Shown here: piece by piece, positions 1 through 9,764 of the stretch
Layout of the letters: every line of letters begins with the position of its first letter
Position numbering within the stretch: position 1 is the stretch's first letter
Sequence record: SRR22947725_333
Length of the DNA: 64,000 bases
Reading direction: 5' to 3' (one strand)
Notes under the pieces: model-generated
The model's database searches: none
What the model was told of the DNA's origin: nothing
Seen by the model: the letters and a program-made list of their open reading frames with translations, nothing else
Made by a program: the position numbers and the translations under genes

Positions 1-2
1 TG

Positions 3-164
3 TTCTGGTATCCGGGTCTGTTTATCGTGATTATCGCGCTTTGCATTAACTTCATTGGGGACGGTCTGCGCGATGCGTTCGATCCACGTCAGAGAAGACT
101 GCCTAAGTCGGGTGGAGCTATCGCCGAGCTAAAGCAGCTCATTGCAAAGCGCAGGGGGAACTAA
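3..164 (+). CDS. Peptide ABC transporter permease (OppC/DppC-like), C-terminal fragment cut by window edge
   Basis: Hand translation [30 protein letters not shown]...GN* has the typical OppC/DppC C-terminal [10 protein letters not shown] motif; stop TAA at 162-164. Confidence 0.85.
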   Translation, partial: FWYPGLFIVIIALCINFIGDGLRDAFDPRQRRLPKSGGAIAELKQLIAKRRGN

Positions 165-166
165 TG

Positions 167-733
167 CTAGAGACTCAGCGCGGTAGCGAATACCAGAACC
201 ACTATTGCGGCAATCTTGCCGATGTTCCATTTACTCAGAACCTCACCGCTTTGATCTCTGCGCTGTTCCCAGAGGCGTCTGATATGGGCTGCAGCTGCGC
301 CGGAGTCGCTGGTGACCAGGTCGCCTGGGCGGACTGTGCCGGCGATGTAGGTGCTTTCGGGGAGGTATTGACCCTGGTCGCGGGAAGCGAAGATGCTGCT
401 GTGACGGCCGGGAGCTGGAGCTCCCCAAGCGGTTATCTTGCCACTTTCGGTGGTTATGGCAAGTGCCCAGCGAGTGTCAATGAGCTTTATGGCACCCCAG
501 CCAATCTGGTGCTCTCTCAAGACGTTTACGACCTTGACTCCGTCCTCTCCTACCTCAACCCGGGGAAACCAAAAGAGCAGCAGCGCGATAGCCACTATCA
601 GTGCAACACCGGGCAGCGAGATAAGTGCGACTGCGAGTCCCTCGCCGACAAGAATTACAACCCAGGCAAGTGTCATGATGACACTGCTTGCGAGGGCTAT
701 GGCTCTGCCGGATCTAGATCTGAATACCTGCAC
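167..733 (-). CDS. Bacterial PH-domain membrane protein
   Basis: Two N-terminal TM segments, then PRVEVGEDGVKVVNVLREHQIGWGAI (bacterial PH pattern). Start moved from 793 to GTG at 733, which lies 6 nt after a CAGACT -10-like box. Confidence 0.75.
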   Translation of the reverse strand: MQVFRSRSGRAIALASSVIMTLAWVVILVGEGLAVALISLPGVALIVAIALLLFWFPRVEVGEDGVKVVNVLREHQIGWGAIKLIDTRWALAITTESGKITAWGAPAPGRHSSIFASRDQGQYLPESTYIAGTVRPGDLVTSDSGAAAAHIRRLWEQRRDQSGEVLSKWNIGKIAAIVVLVFATALSL

Positions 734-770
734 GCCAAGAGTCTGGCATGTCTTGAGGAGGTTTTGAGCG

Positions 771-2396
771 TTGGATAACTCGAAGCCAATCATTGAAGCC
801 AGTGAGCTCTCCGTCGACTTCTGGGTCGATGGTGAGTGGGTGGTGGCCGCAAGTGGCGTGAACTTCAGCGTGAAGCCGGGAGATGTGCTTGCAATAGTGG
901 GTGAGTCTGGCTCCGGGAAGTCGACATCCGCAATGAGCCTGCTGGGGCTGTTGCCAGTGAATGGCCGTGCATCGGGTTCTGTGAAGCTTCAGGGCGAAGA
1001 GCTCATTGGCGCAGACAAGAAGCGGCTTCGTGAAATTAGGGGCAAGGAGATAGCGGTCATCTTCCAGGAGCCGATGACTGCGCTGAACCCCGTCTACACC
1101 GTTGGTTTTCAAATAGTTGAGGCCCTTCAGGTCCACTTCAAGTCAATGACCAAGGCTCAGGGCAAGGTGAGGGCCTTGGAGCTTCTGAAGATGGTGGAGC
1201 TTCCAGATCCCGAGAAGGCATTCAACTCCTATCCCCACGAGCTCTCAGGTGGTCAGCGTCAGCGTGCGATGATCGCGCAGAGCATCTCTTGTGATCCCCA
1301 GCTACTGATTGCTGATGAGCCCACCACCGCGCTCGATGTGACGGTTCAGGCGGAGATTTTGAATTTGATGCGCGATCTAAACAAGCGCCTAAACTCCGCT
1401 GTGATCCTCATTACCCACGACATGGGTGTCGTTGCTGAGCTGAGCGATTTCATGATTGTGATGAAGGACGGAGTGGTTGTCGAGACCGGCACCACCTTCG
1501 ATGTCTTCAAGACCCCTAAGCACCAATACACCAAGGACCTACTAGCCGCGGTTCCAAAGTTGGGAGCCGCCGAGACCAAGCCTGTTATTGAGCGTAAGGC
1601 GACAGAAGAACCAGTGCTTCGCATGCGGGGTCTCAACATTGAATACCCCAAGCGCGGCAAGGTTCCTGCATTTTTGGCGGTCAAGGATGCTGACCTCGAT
1701 ATCTACCCAGGTGAAGTCCTTGGTTTGGTGGGGGAGTCGGGCTCAGGTAAGACGACGATTGGCAGGGCGGTTGTTGGGCTGCTGCCAATAAAGAGCGGCG
1801 AGCTCTCGGTGGATGGTCAGGCAATGGTTGGTGTTTCTAGGCAGCAGCTGATCGACGTTCGCAGAAATATTGGAATTGTTTTTCAGGATCCAGGCAGTTC
1901 GCTGAACCCGCGGTGGCCAATCGGGCAGTCCATTGCGGAGCCACTCCTGCTTGCAGGCTGGGATTCACCTACTCGCACAAACCGTGTCAGCGAGCTTTTG
2001 GACTTGGTTGAGCTTCCGAGAAGCTATCGCAACCGCTATCCGCATGAGCTCTCGGGTGGTCAGAGGCAGCGCGTTGGCATAGCTAGAGCTCTTGCACTAA
2101 GTCCTAAGCTGCTGGTTGCTGACGAGCCAACTAGCGCCCTGGATGTCTCAGTTCAGGCAAGAGTCCTAGAGCTCTTGCAGGAGATTCAGAAGGAACAGCA
2201 GTTTGCGACGTTGTTCATTTCGCACGATCTAGCAGTAGTTGATCTGCTTAGTGACCGGATTGCGGTTATGAGGCTTGGTGAGATAGTCGAGCAAGGGCAC
2301 AAGGAGCAGATTCTGCGCAATCCTCAGGTTGACTACACCAAGAGACTTATTAGTGCTGTGCCGATTCCTGATCCAACTATGAAGCGCAATCTTTAG
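771..2396 (+). CDS. Peptide ABC transporter ATP-binding protein with two fused ATPase domains
   Basis: Two Walker A motifs (GESGSGKS/T), two LSGGQRQR signatures, two Walker B motifs; GAGGAG SD upstream of TTG. Confidence 0.95.
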   Translation: MDNSKPIIEASELSVDFWVDGEWVVAASGVNFSVKPGDVLAIVGESGSGKSTSAMSLLGLLPVNGRASGSVKLQGEELIGADKKRLREIRGKEIAVIFQEPMTALNPVYTVGFQIVEALQVHFKSMTKAQGKVRALELLKMVELPDPEKAFNSYPHELSGGQRQRAMIAQSISCDPQLLIADEPTTALDVTVQAEILNLMRDLNKRLNSAVILITHDMGVVAELSDFMIVMKDGVVVETGTTFDVFKTPKHQYTKDLLAAVPKLGAAETKPVIERKATEEPVLRMRGLNIEYPKRGKVPAFLAVKDADLDIYPGEVLGLVGESGSGKTTIGRAVVGLLPIKSGELSVDGQAMVGVSRQQLIDVRRNIGIVFQDPGSSLNPRWPIGQSIAEPLLLAGWDSPTRTNRVSELLDLVELPRSYRNRYPHELSGGQRQRVGIARALALSPKLLVADEPTSALDVSVQARVLELLQEIQKEQQFATLFISHDLAVVDLLSDRIAVMRLGEIVEQGHKEQILRNPQVDYTKRLISAVPIPDPTMKRNL

Positions 2397-2447
2397 TATC
2401 CTCTTGGGCATTGTCGACCTTTTCCACACTAAGTCTAGGAGTGCTGT

Positions 2448-3611
2448 TTGTTGAAGTTGTTTCGAGTGTCTCCAATTGAGGCAGTTGTAGCGGGGCTCCT
2501 TTTCGGGTTGTTGGTATCAACGGCCCTGCGGCCCTCCTATAAATATCTGGGTAGTATTTGGATTTGGATCGCATACGTTCTTGTAGCGCTGGGATTAATT
2601 TATGCCGTGTTGGCAGTTCCGAAATTGCGTTTGTTCCTGTTAAACAAGCCAACATTCACAATGGGAGTCGTCTCACTCTACGCTGCCCTCAATATAGTTT
2701 TTTACCCATTAGCTGATGGGCTCAAGACATTGCGACAGGGCCAGGATCAGGACGATTGCACGATTCTCGTCATTGAGCAACTGCTAGCTCTAGATTTTCC
2801 CTATGATCAGACCTCGTATTTTGGAAATCCATGTAGCCCATTGTTTGGTGCACTTATCCCGTACATTCCGTTTGTCGCAGTCGACGCATTTCTTTTAGCA
2901 AATAGCTTCATATTGGCAGTCTCGGCTTGGTTGGTATTTCGTCTTTCGGGATCAATTCCCACTGCATCACTGGCCATCCTAATTTCGTTAGGTATTCCCC
3001 AGACTCTTGAACTCCTGGTGAATGGCAGCGATTTCATCTTTATGGGCTTTGGCCTGTTGATTTGTGGTCTTCTTATGAGAAGGGCGCAGGTGGATTCTCG
3101 ATATTTACTCCCATCCTCAGTTTTAGTGGCCGTTCTAGCTAGCACACGTGTTTCAATGCCTATTCTTGGACTCGCATACGTGGTTTGGCTGTTCACAATT
3201 TTTCGACCAAGGGTCGCAGCATTACATTCGCTGGCATCGGCCGGAGTCGCTATGGTGCCGAGTGGACTTTTATTCCTGGTGAGCCCAGAAGAATTTTCTC
3301 CTCTGCATCTAGTCGCTAAGGGGCAGAGGCTTGTTCCTGGAACGTTGTACATCGTTATGATCGCGGCAACGTTGCTTGCCCTAATTGTAGGTGCATTTTT
3401 GCTCAGGAAGAAGCTCGATGCGAACTCTTACTTACTCCTAACGTTGCTCCCACACTTGGCCTTCTTAACCTACGGAGATTTGGTTTTCAACCGAAACATG
3501 GACTTTTTCTGGTGGGAGGGAGCGAGTTACTTAATGGTAATAACCCCAGCCGCTAGCTACCTAATCGCTGAGATTACTCTCAGAGCAGCTAAATCAGGCC
3601 TTCCGCAATAG
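2448..3611 (+). CDS. Multi-TM membrane protein, probable GT-C fold glycosyltransferase (GT87-like)
   Basis: About 10 hydrophobic segments; acidic first loop GQDQDD followed by LL...PY...P, typical of lipid-phosphate-sugar-dependent GT-C enzymes; glycan locus context. Confidence 0.55.
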   Translation: MLKLFRVSPIEAVVAGLLFGLLVSTALRPSYKYLGSIWIWIAYVLVALGLIYAVLAVPKLRLFLLNKPTFTMGVVSLYAALNIVFYPLADGLKTLRQGQDQDDCTILVIEQLLALDFPYDQTSYFGNPCSPLFGALIPYIPFVAVDAFLLANSFILAVSAWLVFRLSGSIPTASLAILISLGIPQTLELLVNGSDFIFMGFGLLICGLLMRRAQVDSRYLLPSSVLVAVLASTRVSMPILGLAYVVWLFTIFRPRVAALHSLASAGVAMVPSGLLFLVSPEEFSPLHLVAKGQRLVPGTLYIVMIAATLLALIVGAFLLRKKLDANSYLLLTLLPHLAFLTYGDLVFNRNMDFFWWEGASYLMVITPAASYLIAEITLRAAKSGLPQ

Positions 3612-4623
3612 CGTTTTCTATCCATGGAATCACTTCATCCAGCATGGCTGAAAGCTGTGTGTCTGCATTAAAGCCAAGAACATTCCTTGCTTTGCTAGTG
3701 TCTGGAACCCGTTTTTGCACGTCGTACGCGTATGGCGTTTCGCTTTCGACCTCGAACAATTCCAAGTTTCCGTGAATTTTGTGCCAGATTTCTTTGGCGA
3801 GATCAAGCACAGTGTGGCCTTTGTCCGTAGAAATATTAAAATCCTCGTTCAGCGCTGAGGGTGAAGTCATTGCCAACGTAATACCACGAGCTAAATCGCC
3901 GCCGTAGGTGTAATGCCTTACTTGAGTGCCGTCCCCAAGGATCCTGAGAGGGCGTTGGCCTTTTAGAATTTTTTGAGTCAAATCCGGAACTACGTGACTC
4001 ATTGCCAACTTGACGTTCCCCGAGTCAATTTCAACGTTACCCAAGGCACGTGCCTCACCTATTCCGACGCAATTGAATGGCCGAACAATTGTGAAGGGGA
4101 GTCTGTATTGATCCCAGGCCGCCCTGGCAAAGTACTCAACTGCCAGTTTTTGGAATCCGTAGCTTGATAACGGTGGAGGAATTTGGAGCTCGTCTCCTTC
4201 TTTGCTCGGCCAAGATGTCGCACTTTCAAAGACCATCGAAGAACTCAAGTAAGTCACCTTTTCGAGAGTGCCTTCCCTATGCCGCCTAATTGCAGCGTCG
4301 ATCGTGGAAGCCATAATCCTCTCGTTTGTGGCAAGGAGGTCGTAGGCGTAAGTGTGAAAGTACGTTATACCCCCAATCAGTGCCGCAGCTGCGATCAGGT
4401 GATTGCAACCCTCGAGTGCTTCATAAACCAGATCGGAGTCCCTCGCGTCACCTTCAATCAATCTAAACTTTGGGTTCTCGTCGAAACTCTTAGATACATG
4501 CCCATATTTTGAAAAGTTGTCTAAGCCGACCACCTCGTGACCCTCTGCGAGCAGCCTTTCAACCAGGTACCCTCCTATAAATCCATTGGATCCTGTTACG
4601 AGAACCCGAGATACTGGCGTCAT
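3589..4623 (-). CDS. NAD-dependent sugar epimerase/dehydratase (extended SDR), possibly UDP-uronate decarboxylase
   Basis: GSNGFIG Rossmann motif, YGFQK catalytic YxxxK, RPFNCVG. Confidence 0.85.
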   Translation of the reverse strand: MTPVSRVLVTGSNGFIGGYLVERLLAEGHEVVGLDNFSKYGHVSKSFDENPKFRLIEGDARDSDLVYEALEGCNHLIAAAALIGGITYFHTYAYDLLATNERIMASTIDAAIRRHREGTLEKVTYLSSSMVFESATSWPSKEGDELQIPPPLSSYGFQKLAVEYFARAAWDQYRLPFTIVRPFNCVGIGEARALGNVEIDSGNVKLAMSHVVPDLTQKILKGQRPLRILGDGTQVRHYTYGGDLARGITLAMTSPSALNEDFNISTDKGHTVLDLAKEIWHKIHGNLELFEVESETPYAYDVQKRVPDTSKARNVLGFNADTQLSAMLDEVIPWIENAIAEGLI

Positions 4624-5336
4624 ATTTTTCTCCTATGCAATTGGTTTGGAACTATGCCGAACACGTACCACTTCAAATACTGAGGGATCCACCTAAATAC
4701 TTTGAAATGCGAAGACCTCGAGGATTTGTCGATCCAGATAGTAGGTATTTCAGCTATTGGCAACCTCTCTTGCTTTGCCTTTGCAACCAGTTCTATACCA
4801 ACCTCGAAGCCACTTCGACTTTCGATTCCTACTCTTCGAACAAACTCGGTGTTGTAAGCCTTGAAAGAATTCGTCGCGTCGCTGGTGCCGACACCTGTCA
4901 GAAATCTAAATGACTTCCCGGCTATTTTGGAAATGAGGCCTTTCAGTCTTGGACCCCCGACCTGCTGCCCACCTGAAGCATACCTAGAAGCGCATGCCAC
5001 GTAAATGCCCCGAGACACGAGTCGGATGAGATCGTCAACTTGACGGGGGTCATCACAACCATCGGCCATGAAGACAACTACTACTGGCTCGTTCGCACTG
5101 TCTATGCCAAATCGGATTGCGTTAGCGGGTCCAGGACCATAGGAATTAACGAGTGAATTGACCCTAACTTTTTGGTCAGGAAACTTCGCCAAAGTCGAAA
5201 GCGTTAGGTCGTCTTGGTTGTCAACTACAACCAAGACCTCTGAAATTAGTTCACTCTCTTGAGTTAGTTCAAGGAGGTTGTGTATGAACCATTCCCCCTC
5301 GTTCTTTGCTGGTATCACCAGAGACCCTTTTGCCAC
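4620..5336 (-). CDS. GT2 glycosyltransferase, polyprenyl-phosphate sugar synthase (DPM1/GtrB-like)
   Basis: VIPAKNE, MADGCDDP DxD region, ASRYASGG, SDATNSFKAY. Confidence 0.85.
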   Translation of the reverse strand: MAKGSLVIPAKNEGEWFIHNLLELTQESELISEVLVVVDNQDDLTLSTLAKFPDQKVRVNSLVNSYGPGPANAIRFGIDSANEPVVVVFMADGCDDPRQVDDLIRLVSRGIYVACASRYASGGQQVGGPRLKGLISKIAGKSFRFLTGVGTSDATNSFKAYNTEFVRRVGIESRSGFEVGIELVAKAKQERLPIAEIPTIWIDKSSRSSHFKVFRWIPQYLKWYVFGIVPNQLHRRKI

Positions 5337-6532
5337 TATCGAAATACCGCCGAGTCGCTATTGACCCCCCATATGTCAAAAATCGGTTTTGAAGTTCCGA
5401 GCTCAAAGTACGCGTTATGAGGTGTGGCAATGATTAGCAAATCACTGTCGCCAACCACCTTTTCTAGAGGATAAAGCTCGGTGTCCAATACCGAAGAGAC
5501 AAAGGGATCCGTGGTCAAGACTTCCTTGGCTCGAAATTCGAGAATCTTCTTGAGTTTGTAAGACAAGGATGATCGTATGTCATCCGAATCGGCTTTGAAG
5601 GACATTCCCAACACGCCCACCTTCAGACTGCCAAGCGGAAAGTCTCTCTCTAATCGTCTGACCATGAACAGGGGTAGCCCCTCATTCACGGAGATAGCCG
5701 AACTGCCAAGTTGGAAGTTGTTGTCCGAAAAAGCAGACAGCTGCATGGTGTCTTTGAGCAGGCAAGGCCCCGCAGCCAGTCCGGCGCTAGGAAGGTCTGC
5801 CGCCCTTGGATAGTCATGTCTCACAATACGGCGAATTGATTCGAAATCTAACCCAGCAGCCGATGCCATCATGTAAAACTGATTTGCCGCTGCAAACTTT
5901 ATGTATCTCCAAGTATTCGTGAATAGCTTCGCGAGCTCTGCCTCTTCTGGAGATTCAGCAGGAATTACAGACGTCAGGGAGCTAAAAAGCTCGGTTGATC
6001 GTGAAACTGCCTCTTGAGAAACACCGGAGACTATTTGGGGAAGACTCGTCAATTCGGCCATTGCCTGATGCTCGGCAATTCTCTCGGGGCAAAACGCCAC
6101 GTCTATCTCAATCCTTGCCTCTTCAAACAAGCGTGCCACTTGTCTCGTGACACCTGGGAAAACAGTACTTCTAAGCACCAGAAGCTGTCCGTCGCGAAGG
6201 TAGGGCATGTAGTTCTTGGTGACATCCAGAAGTTCTTTCGCGTTTGGATTCATGTGACCGTCTACAGGGGTTCCGATAATCATTATCACAATCTCTGACT
6301 GGGAAATTGATCGCGGGTCTGAAGTCACACTTAGGCTTCCTTGCTTGAGAGTAGCTTGAAGCAGAGCCTCCGCACCGGGCTCCTTGAATGGCATCGTCCC
6401 ACTTCGAATTTTGCCCAAAGCTTTATCGTCAATATCAAAGACTGTGACTTGCTTCCCTTTACTCGCAAGCATGATTGAAAGGGGCAGCCCAACGTGGCCA
6501 GCTCCACCTATGACTGTAATTGTTGAATTCAT
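5336..6532 (-). CDS. UDP-glucose/GDP-mannose family nucleotide-sugar dehydrogenase
   Basis: GGAGHVGLP, LRSTVFPG, FCPER, catalytic GPCLLKD, GMSFKADSDDIRSS. Confidence 0.92.
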   Translation of the reverse strand: MNSTITVIGGAGHVGLPLSIMLASKGKQVTVFDIDDKALGKIRSGTMPFKEPGAEALLQATLKQGSLSVTSDPRSISQSEIVIMIIGTPVDGHMNPNAKELLDVTKNYMPYLRDGQLLVLRSTVFPGVTRQVARLFEEARIEIDVAFCPERIAEHQAMAELTSLPQIVSGVSQEAVSRSTELFSSLTSVIPAESPEEAELAKLFTNTWRYIKFAAANQFYMMASAAGLDFESIRRIVRHDYPRAADLPSAGLAAGPCLLKDTMQLSAFSDNNFQLGSSAISVNEGLPLFMVRRLERDFPLGSLKVGVLGMSFKADSDDIRSSLSYKLKKILEFRAKEVLTTDPFVSSVLDTELYPLEKVVGDSDLLIIATPHNAYFELGTSKPIFDIWGVNSDSAVFR

Positions 6533-6535
6533 GGG

Positions 6536-6934
6536 CTAAGCGTATACAAACTTTCTAAAGGTGAAGAATCTCAGGCCAGAAACCGTCGCTACCGCGAAAA
6601 TCTTGACCATAATGAGGTTGCTGGGATCATCTCCCACAACAAGAATACCCATAGTCGACAAAACAAGATTGAGCAAACCTAGAACAACAACCGCCCACAC
6701 ATAATTTGCGAATATTCGGACCTTCACCTTTAGATTTCGCCTTGCGAAAGTGATTCTTAGGTGGGCGAAGAAGGCGAGCACTGTTGCAATAGACGTTGAA
6801 ACTAGATTTGCAATTGAGGAATCCCAGGAGAGAACGGACAACCAGAGCAGGACTCCAAGGTCTATTCCAAAAAGCACTAGACCCACGACTGCGAACAAAA
6901 TCAATTCGTACAGGATGTGTTTATTTCGAGACAC
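6536..6934 (-). CDS. GtrA-family lipid-linked sugar flippase
   Basis: About 132 aa with 4 TM segments and C-terminal FRKFVY; start moved to GTG at 6934, 6 nt after a TATTAT -10-like box. Confidence 0.75.
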   Translation of the reverse strand: MSRNKHILYELILFAVVGLVLFGIDLGVLLWLSVLSWDSSIANLVSTSIATVLAFFAHLRITFARRNLKVKVRIFANYVWAVVVLGLLNLVLSTMGILVVGDDPSNLIMVKIFAVATVSGLRFFTFRKFVYA

Positions 6935-7059
6935 AGCCAAATAATAGTGGTCATAGCAAGTTCGGGAGAATGGCTGGACTGCAGTGGGGAAACCTATTCG
7001 GCGAGGCTTTTTGCGGTTCTTAGCGCCTGACACCTTCAGGCGCCTATACCATTTGACTT

Positions 7060-8022
7060 ATGAGTGGTAAGCCTAAAATTTTCGTAGTCATTCCCGCGTA
7101 TGGGGTTTCAAACAGTATCCTTCAGGTCATTTCCAGTATTGGCTCTGAGGTTAGCCAAATTTATGTCATAGATGACTGTTGTCCGGAAAATTCGGGGCAG
7201 ATGGTAGTTGAAACTTGTTCCGATAGTCGTGTAAGGGTCCTCTTCCACGACGAGAATCTAGGTGTCGGCGCTGCAACTATGACCGGATACTCAGAGGCTT
7301 TGGACAATGGGGCAGATGTGGTCGTAAAACTGGACGGAGACGGCCAGATGAATCCTGAGCTGATTCCCACTCTTGTCGCACCAATCTTGCGCGGAGATGC
7401 CGACTATGCAAAGGGCAACAGGTTTGATTCCCTCGAAGACTTGGAAGAGATGCCTCGTGTCAGAATTTTCGGCAACGCCGTCTTATCCCTGTGGTCTAAG
7501 TTCTCGAGCGGTTATTGGCGAGTAAACGATCCAACAAACGGCTTCACTGCGATTCACAAAATCGCACTTGCGAAGCTTCCTTTAGCCAAGCTCAGCCAGC
7601 GGTACTTCTTTGAGTCTGACATGCTGTTTAGACTCGCCGTGATTGGTGCTGTCGTTTTGGACGTTCCGATGAGGGCAATTTACGGTGATGAGATAAGTAA
7701 CCTTAAGATTAGGCGAGTCTTGTGGGAGTTTCCTTTTAGGCACAATGTAAATCTTCTAAAGCGAGTCTTCTATCGGTACTACCTAAGAGAGTGGTCGATA
7801 GCATCCTTTTACATTCCATTCAGCTTCATCCTGACAGCCTTTGGACTTGTATTCGGCTTGAGCAGCTTCGCGAGCGCCTCCTCGGCTGGGCGCGAGACTA
7901 CTGCTGGACAGGCAACCATCGCCGCTGTGGCTATCATTCTCGGTTTCCAGCTCTACTTGTCATTTCTTGCCTATGATGTTGAGGCAGAACCGCGGGTGCC
8001 ACTTCAAAGGAGACTTAAGTGA
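7060..8022 (+). CDS. GT2 glycosyltransferase with two C-terminal TM helices (polyprenyl-phosphate sugar synthase-like)
   Basis: VVIPAY, IDDCCPE, KLDGDGQMNP, KGNRF, DPTNGF; hydrophobic C-terminus. Confidence 0.9.
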   Translation: MSGKPKIFVVIPAYGVSNSILQVISSIGSEVSQIYVIDDCCPENSGQMVVETCSDSRVRVLFHDENLGVGAATMTGYSEALDNGADVVVKLDGDGQMNPELIPTLVAPILRGDADYAKGNRFDSLEDLEEMPRVRIFGNAVLSLWSKFSSGYWRVNDPTNGFTAIHKIALAKLPLAKLSQRYFFESDMLFRLAVIGAVVLDVPMRAIYGDEISNLKIRRVLWEFPFRHNVNLLKRVFYRYYLREWSIASFYIPFSFILTAFGLVFGLSSFASASSAGRETTAGQATIAAVAIILGFQLYLSFLAYDVEAEPRVPLQRRLK

Positions 8023-9764
8023 ACATAGTGCCAATGAACAAGATTCTGCCCACGTTTGTTCGCTGGAGCCGAGATTGGCGTGCCTACATGGTGCTTGCCT
8101 CCCTCCTCCTCTCCGGAACTTGGTTGTTCACTCGGATTCGAAACATTAATCCTGCAATCCTGGGAGACGAATACATATACGCGGCAAACGCTCGAAACGG
8201 GGCTTTGTGGGACCCAGCCTTGGTAGGGGACTTCTCTAACTACCTGTTCAGCGTTGTCTATAGAGTGACAGACCTTTGCGGCCCCAGCTTTTACACGTGC
8301 GCAAAAGTTCTGAATATCTTCTTCTTTCTGGGGTTTGCCTTGGTTTTGTTTTTTCTTGCGATCAGGTATGTGGGGTTCTGGCCGGCCTATGGGTTCATGG
8401 TTGCAGTATCGCTATCCCCCCTCTCTGTTTACACCTCCATGTTCCTTCCTGAATCGATGTATTTTTTCTTTATTGCGCTTGTTTTTGCTGCTGCTGTCCG
8501 TGCGGTCGATTCACTCACAATTCAAAACACAGCGTGGCTTGGCGCTCTCTTGGGAGTCACTTCGCTCGTTAAGCCTCACGCTTGGCTCTCCGCCATTCCC
8601 CTAGCGATAGTAATTGCAATAGTTGCCTTCAACCATGGCCAAAATAAAGTAAATCGGGCTTTACTCCACCTTGCAGTTCTTGGTGCTACGGCGATTGGGG
8701 CCCGACTTATTATAGGAATCGTCATTGCTGGCCCGAAGGTCCTGGACCTGTTTGGACAGTATGCGAGTGGACAGACTCTACAAGAGATTGCCGACGGTGC
8801 TCAAGGTAATGAAGTTGAAGGAACAGTCTTTTCTGGGCCCTTGCAGGGAGTTGTAGATCTTTTTGGAAGTCAACTTGGTATCCACGTTGTCGCAATTGTT
8901 GCCATTATGGGGGTATCAGTTATCGCTTTAGTGTCGAAAATCCTTCATACTTTCCGACTTAGAGCCTCAGATCCCATCGCGAACCTATCGCTACTACTGT
9001 TCATTTGGCTTGCAGCTCTTGTCGTTGAAATTGTTGCCTTCACTGGTTGGGTCACAGGCAGTGGGGATGATCACACAACACGCATATTGATTCGATACTA
9101 CGAATTCCTTTTTGCCTTTGTGCCATTGGGTGGCCTTGCCGTCTATTTGCAGAAGCAACAGAATGTTGGCTCACTTTGGATCAGGTGGCCATTGGCCATA
9201 GCCGCTTTGTCCTTGCTTTCAATCGCCTACACGGGATTTTTTGGCAATCTAACAATCCAGATAGCCGACGCACCGAGTTTGGCTGGCCTGGTTGTGAACA
9301 TGGAGATATACAACGCGGCTGCCCTTGGTGGGTTCCTAGCAATTATCGTTTACGCAACTTTCCCCAAGTTCGTGAAGTGGAGCTACTTGATTACTGTTCC
9401 CGTGCTGTTTGTAGGCGCTGGATATCAAGCAATTGGTCAATATGATCTTTTCAGAGGTGTTGAAAGCTCCGCAGACCGTGCGGGACTCTATCTGCAGCGA
9501 GAGTTCAATGATGAAGAGGTCGGAGACTTTATGGTGCTCGCCTCATCGAGATTCGATGCTACAAACATTGGATTTTGGGCCAACTCTGATAATTTACGGT
9601 ACGAGCTTTACGTTCAAGGTAGCTCAATCGGTTTAGATCAGCTTCCAAGCGATGTGCCCCTCTTTGTTGCCAACGGGGATCTGACGATTTATGGTGATGT
9701 CGTACTGGAGTACGAAGGTGACGGTTTCCGAATCTATGCAAACCCTGGAGCCACACTCAAGTGA
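8019..9764 (+). CDS. Multi-TM GT-C fold glycosyltransferase (PMT/ArnT-like)
   Basis: GDEYIY motif after first TM, later MFLPESMY, VKPH and IRYYE motifs; about 13 TM segments; GTGA overlap with upstream GT2. Confidence 0.65.
   Translation: MNIVPMNKILPTFVRWSRDWRAYMVLASLLLSGTWLFTRIRNINPAILGDEYIYAANARNGALWDPALVGDFSNYLFSVVYRVTDLCGPSFYTCAKVLNIFFFLGFALVLFFLAIRYVGFWPAYGFMVAVSLSPLSVYTSMFLPESMYFFFIALVFAAAVRAVDSLTIQNTAWLGALLGVTSLVKPHAWLSAIPLAIVIAIVAFNHGQNKVNRALLHLAVLGATAIGARLIIGIVIAGPKVLDLFGQYASGQTLQEIADGAQGNEVEGTVFSGPLQGVVDLFGSQLGIHVVAIVAIMGVSVIALVSKILHTFRLRASDPIANLSLLLFIWLAALVVEIVAFTGWVTGSGDDHTTRILIRYYEFLFAFVPLGGLAVYLQKQQNVGSLWIRWPLAIAALSLLSIAYTGFFGNLTIQIADAPSLAGLVVNMEIYNAAALGGFLAIIVYATFPKFVKWSYLITVPVLFVGAGYQAIGQYDLFRGVESSADRAGLYLQREFNDEEVGDFMVLASSRFDATNIGFWANSDNLRYELYVQGSSIGLDQLPSDVPLFVANGDLTIYGDVVLEYEGDGFRIYANPGATLK

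Noticed and set aside
164-778. 204-aa Cys-rich plus-strand ORF
   Set aside because: Antisense shadow of the PH-domain gene, which has the recognisable motifs and a promoter-like box
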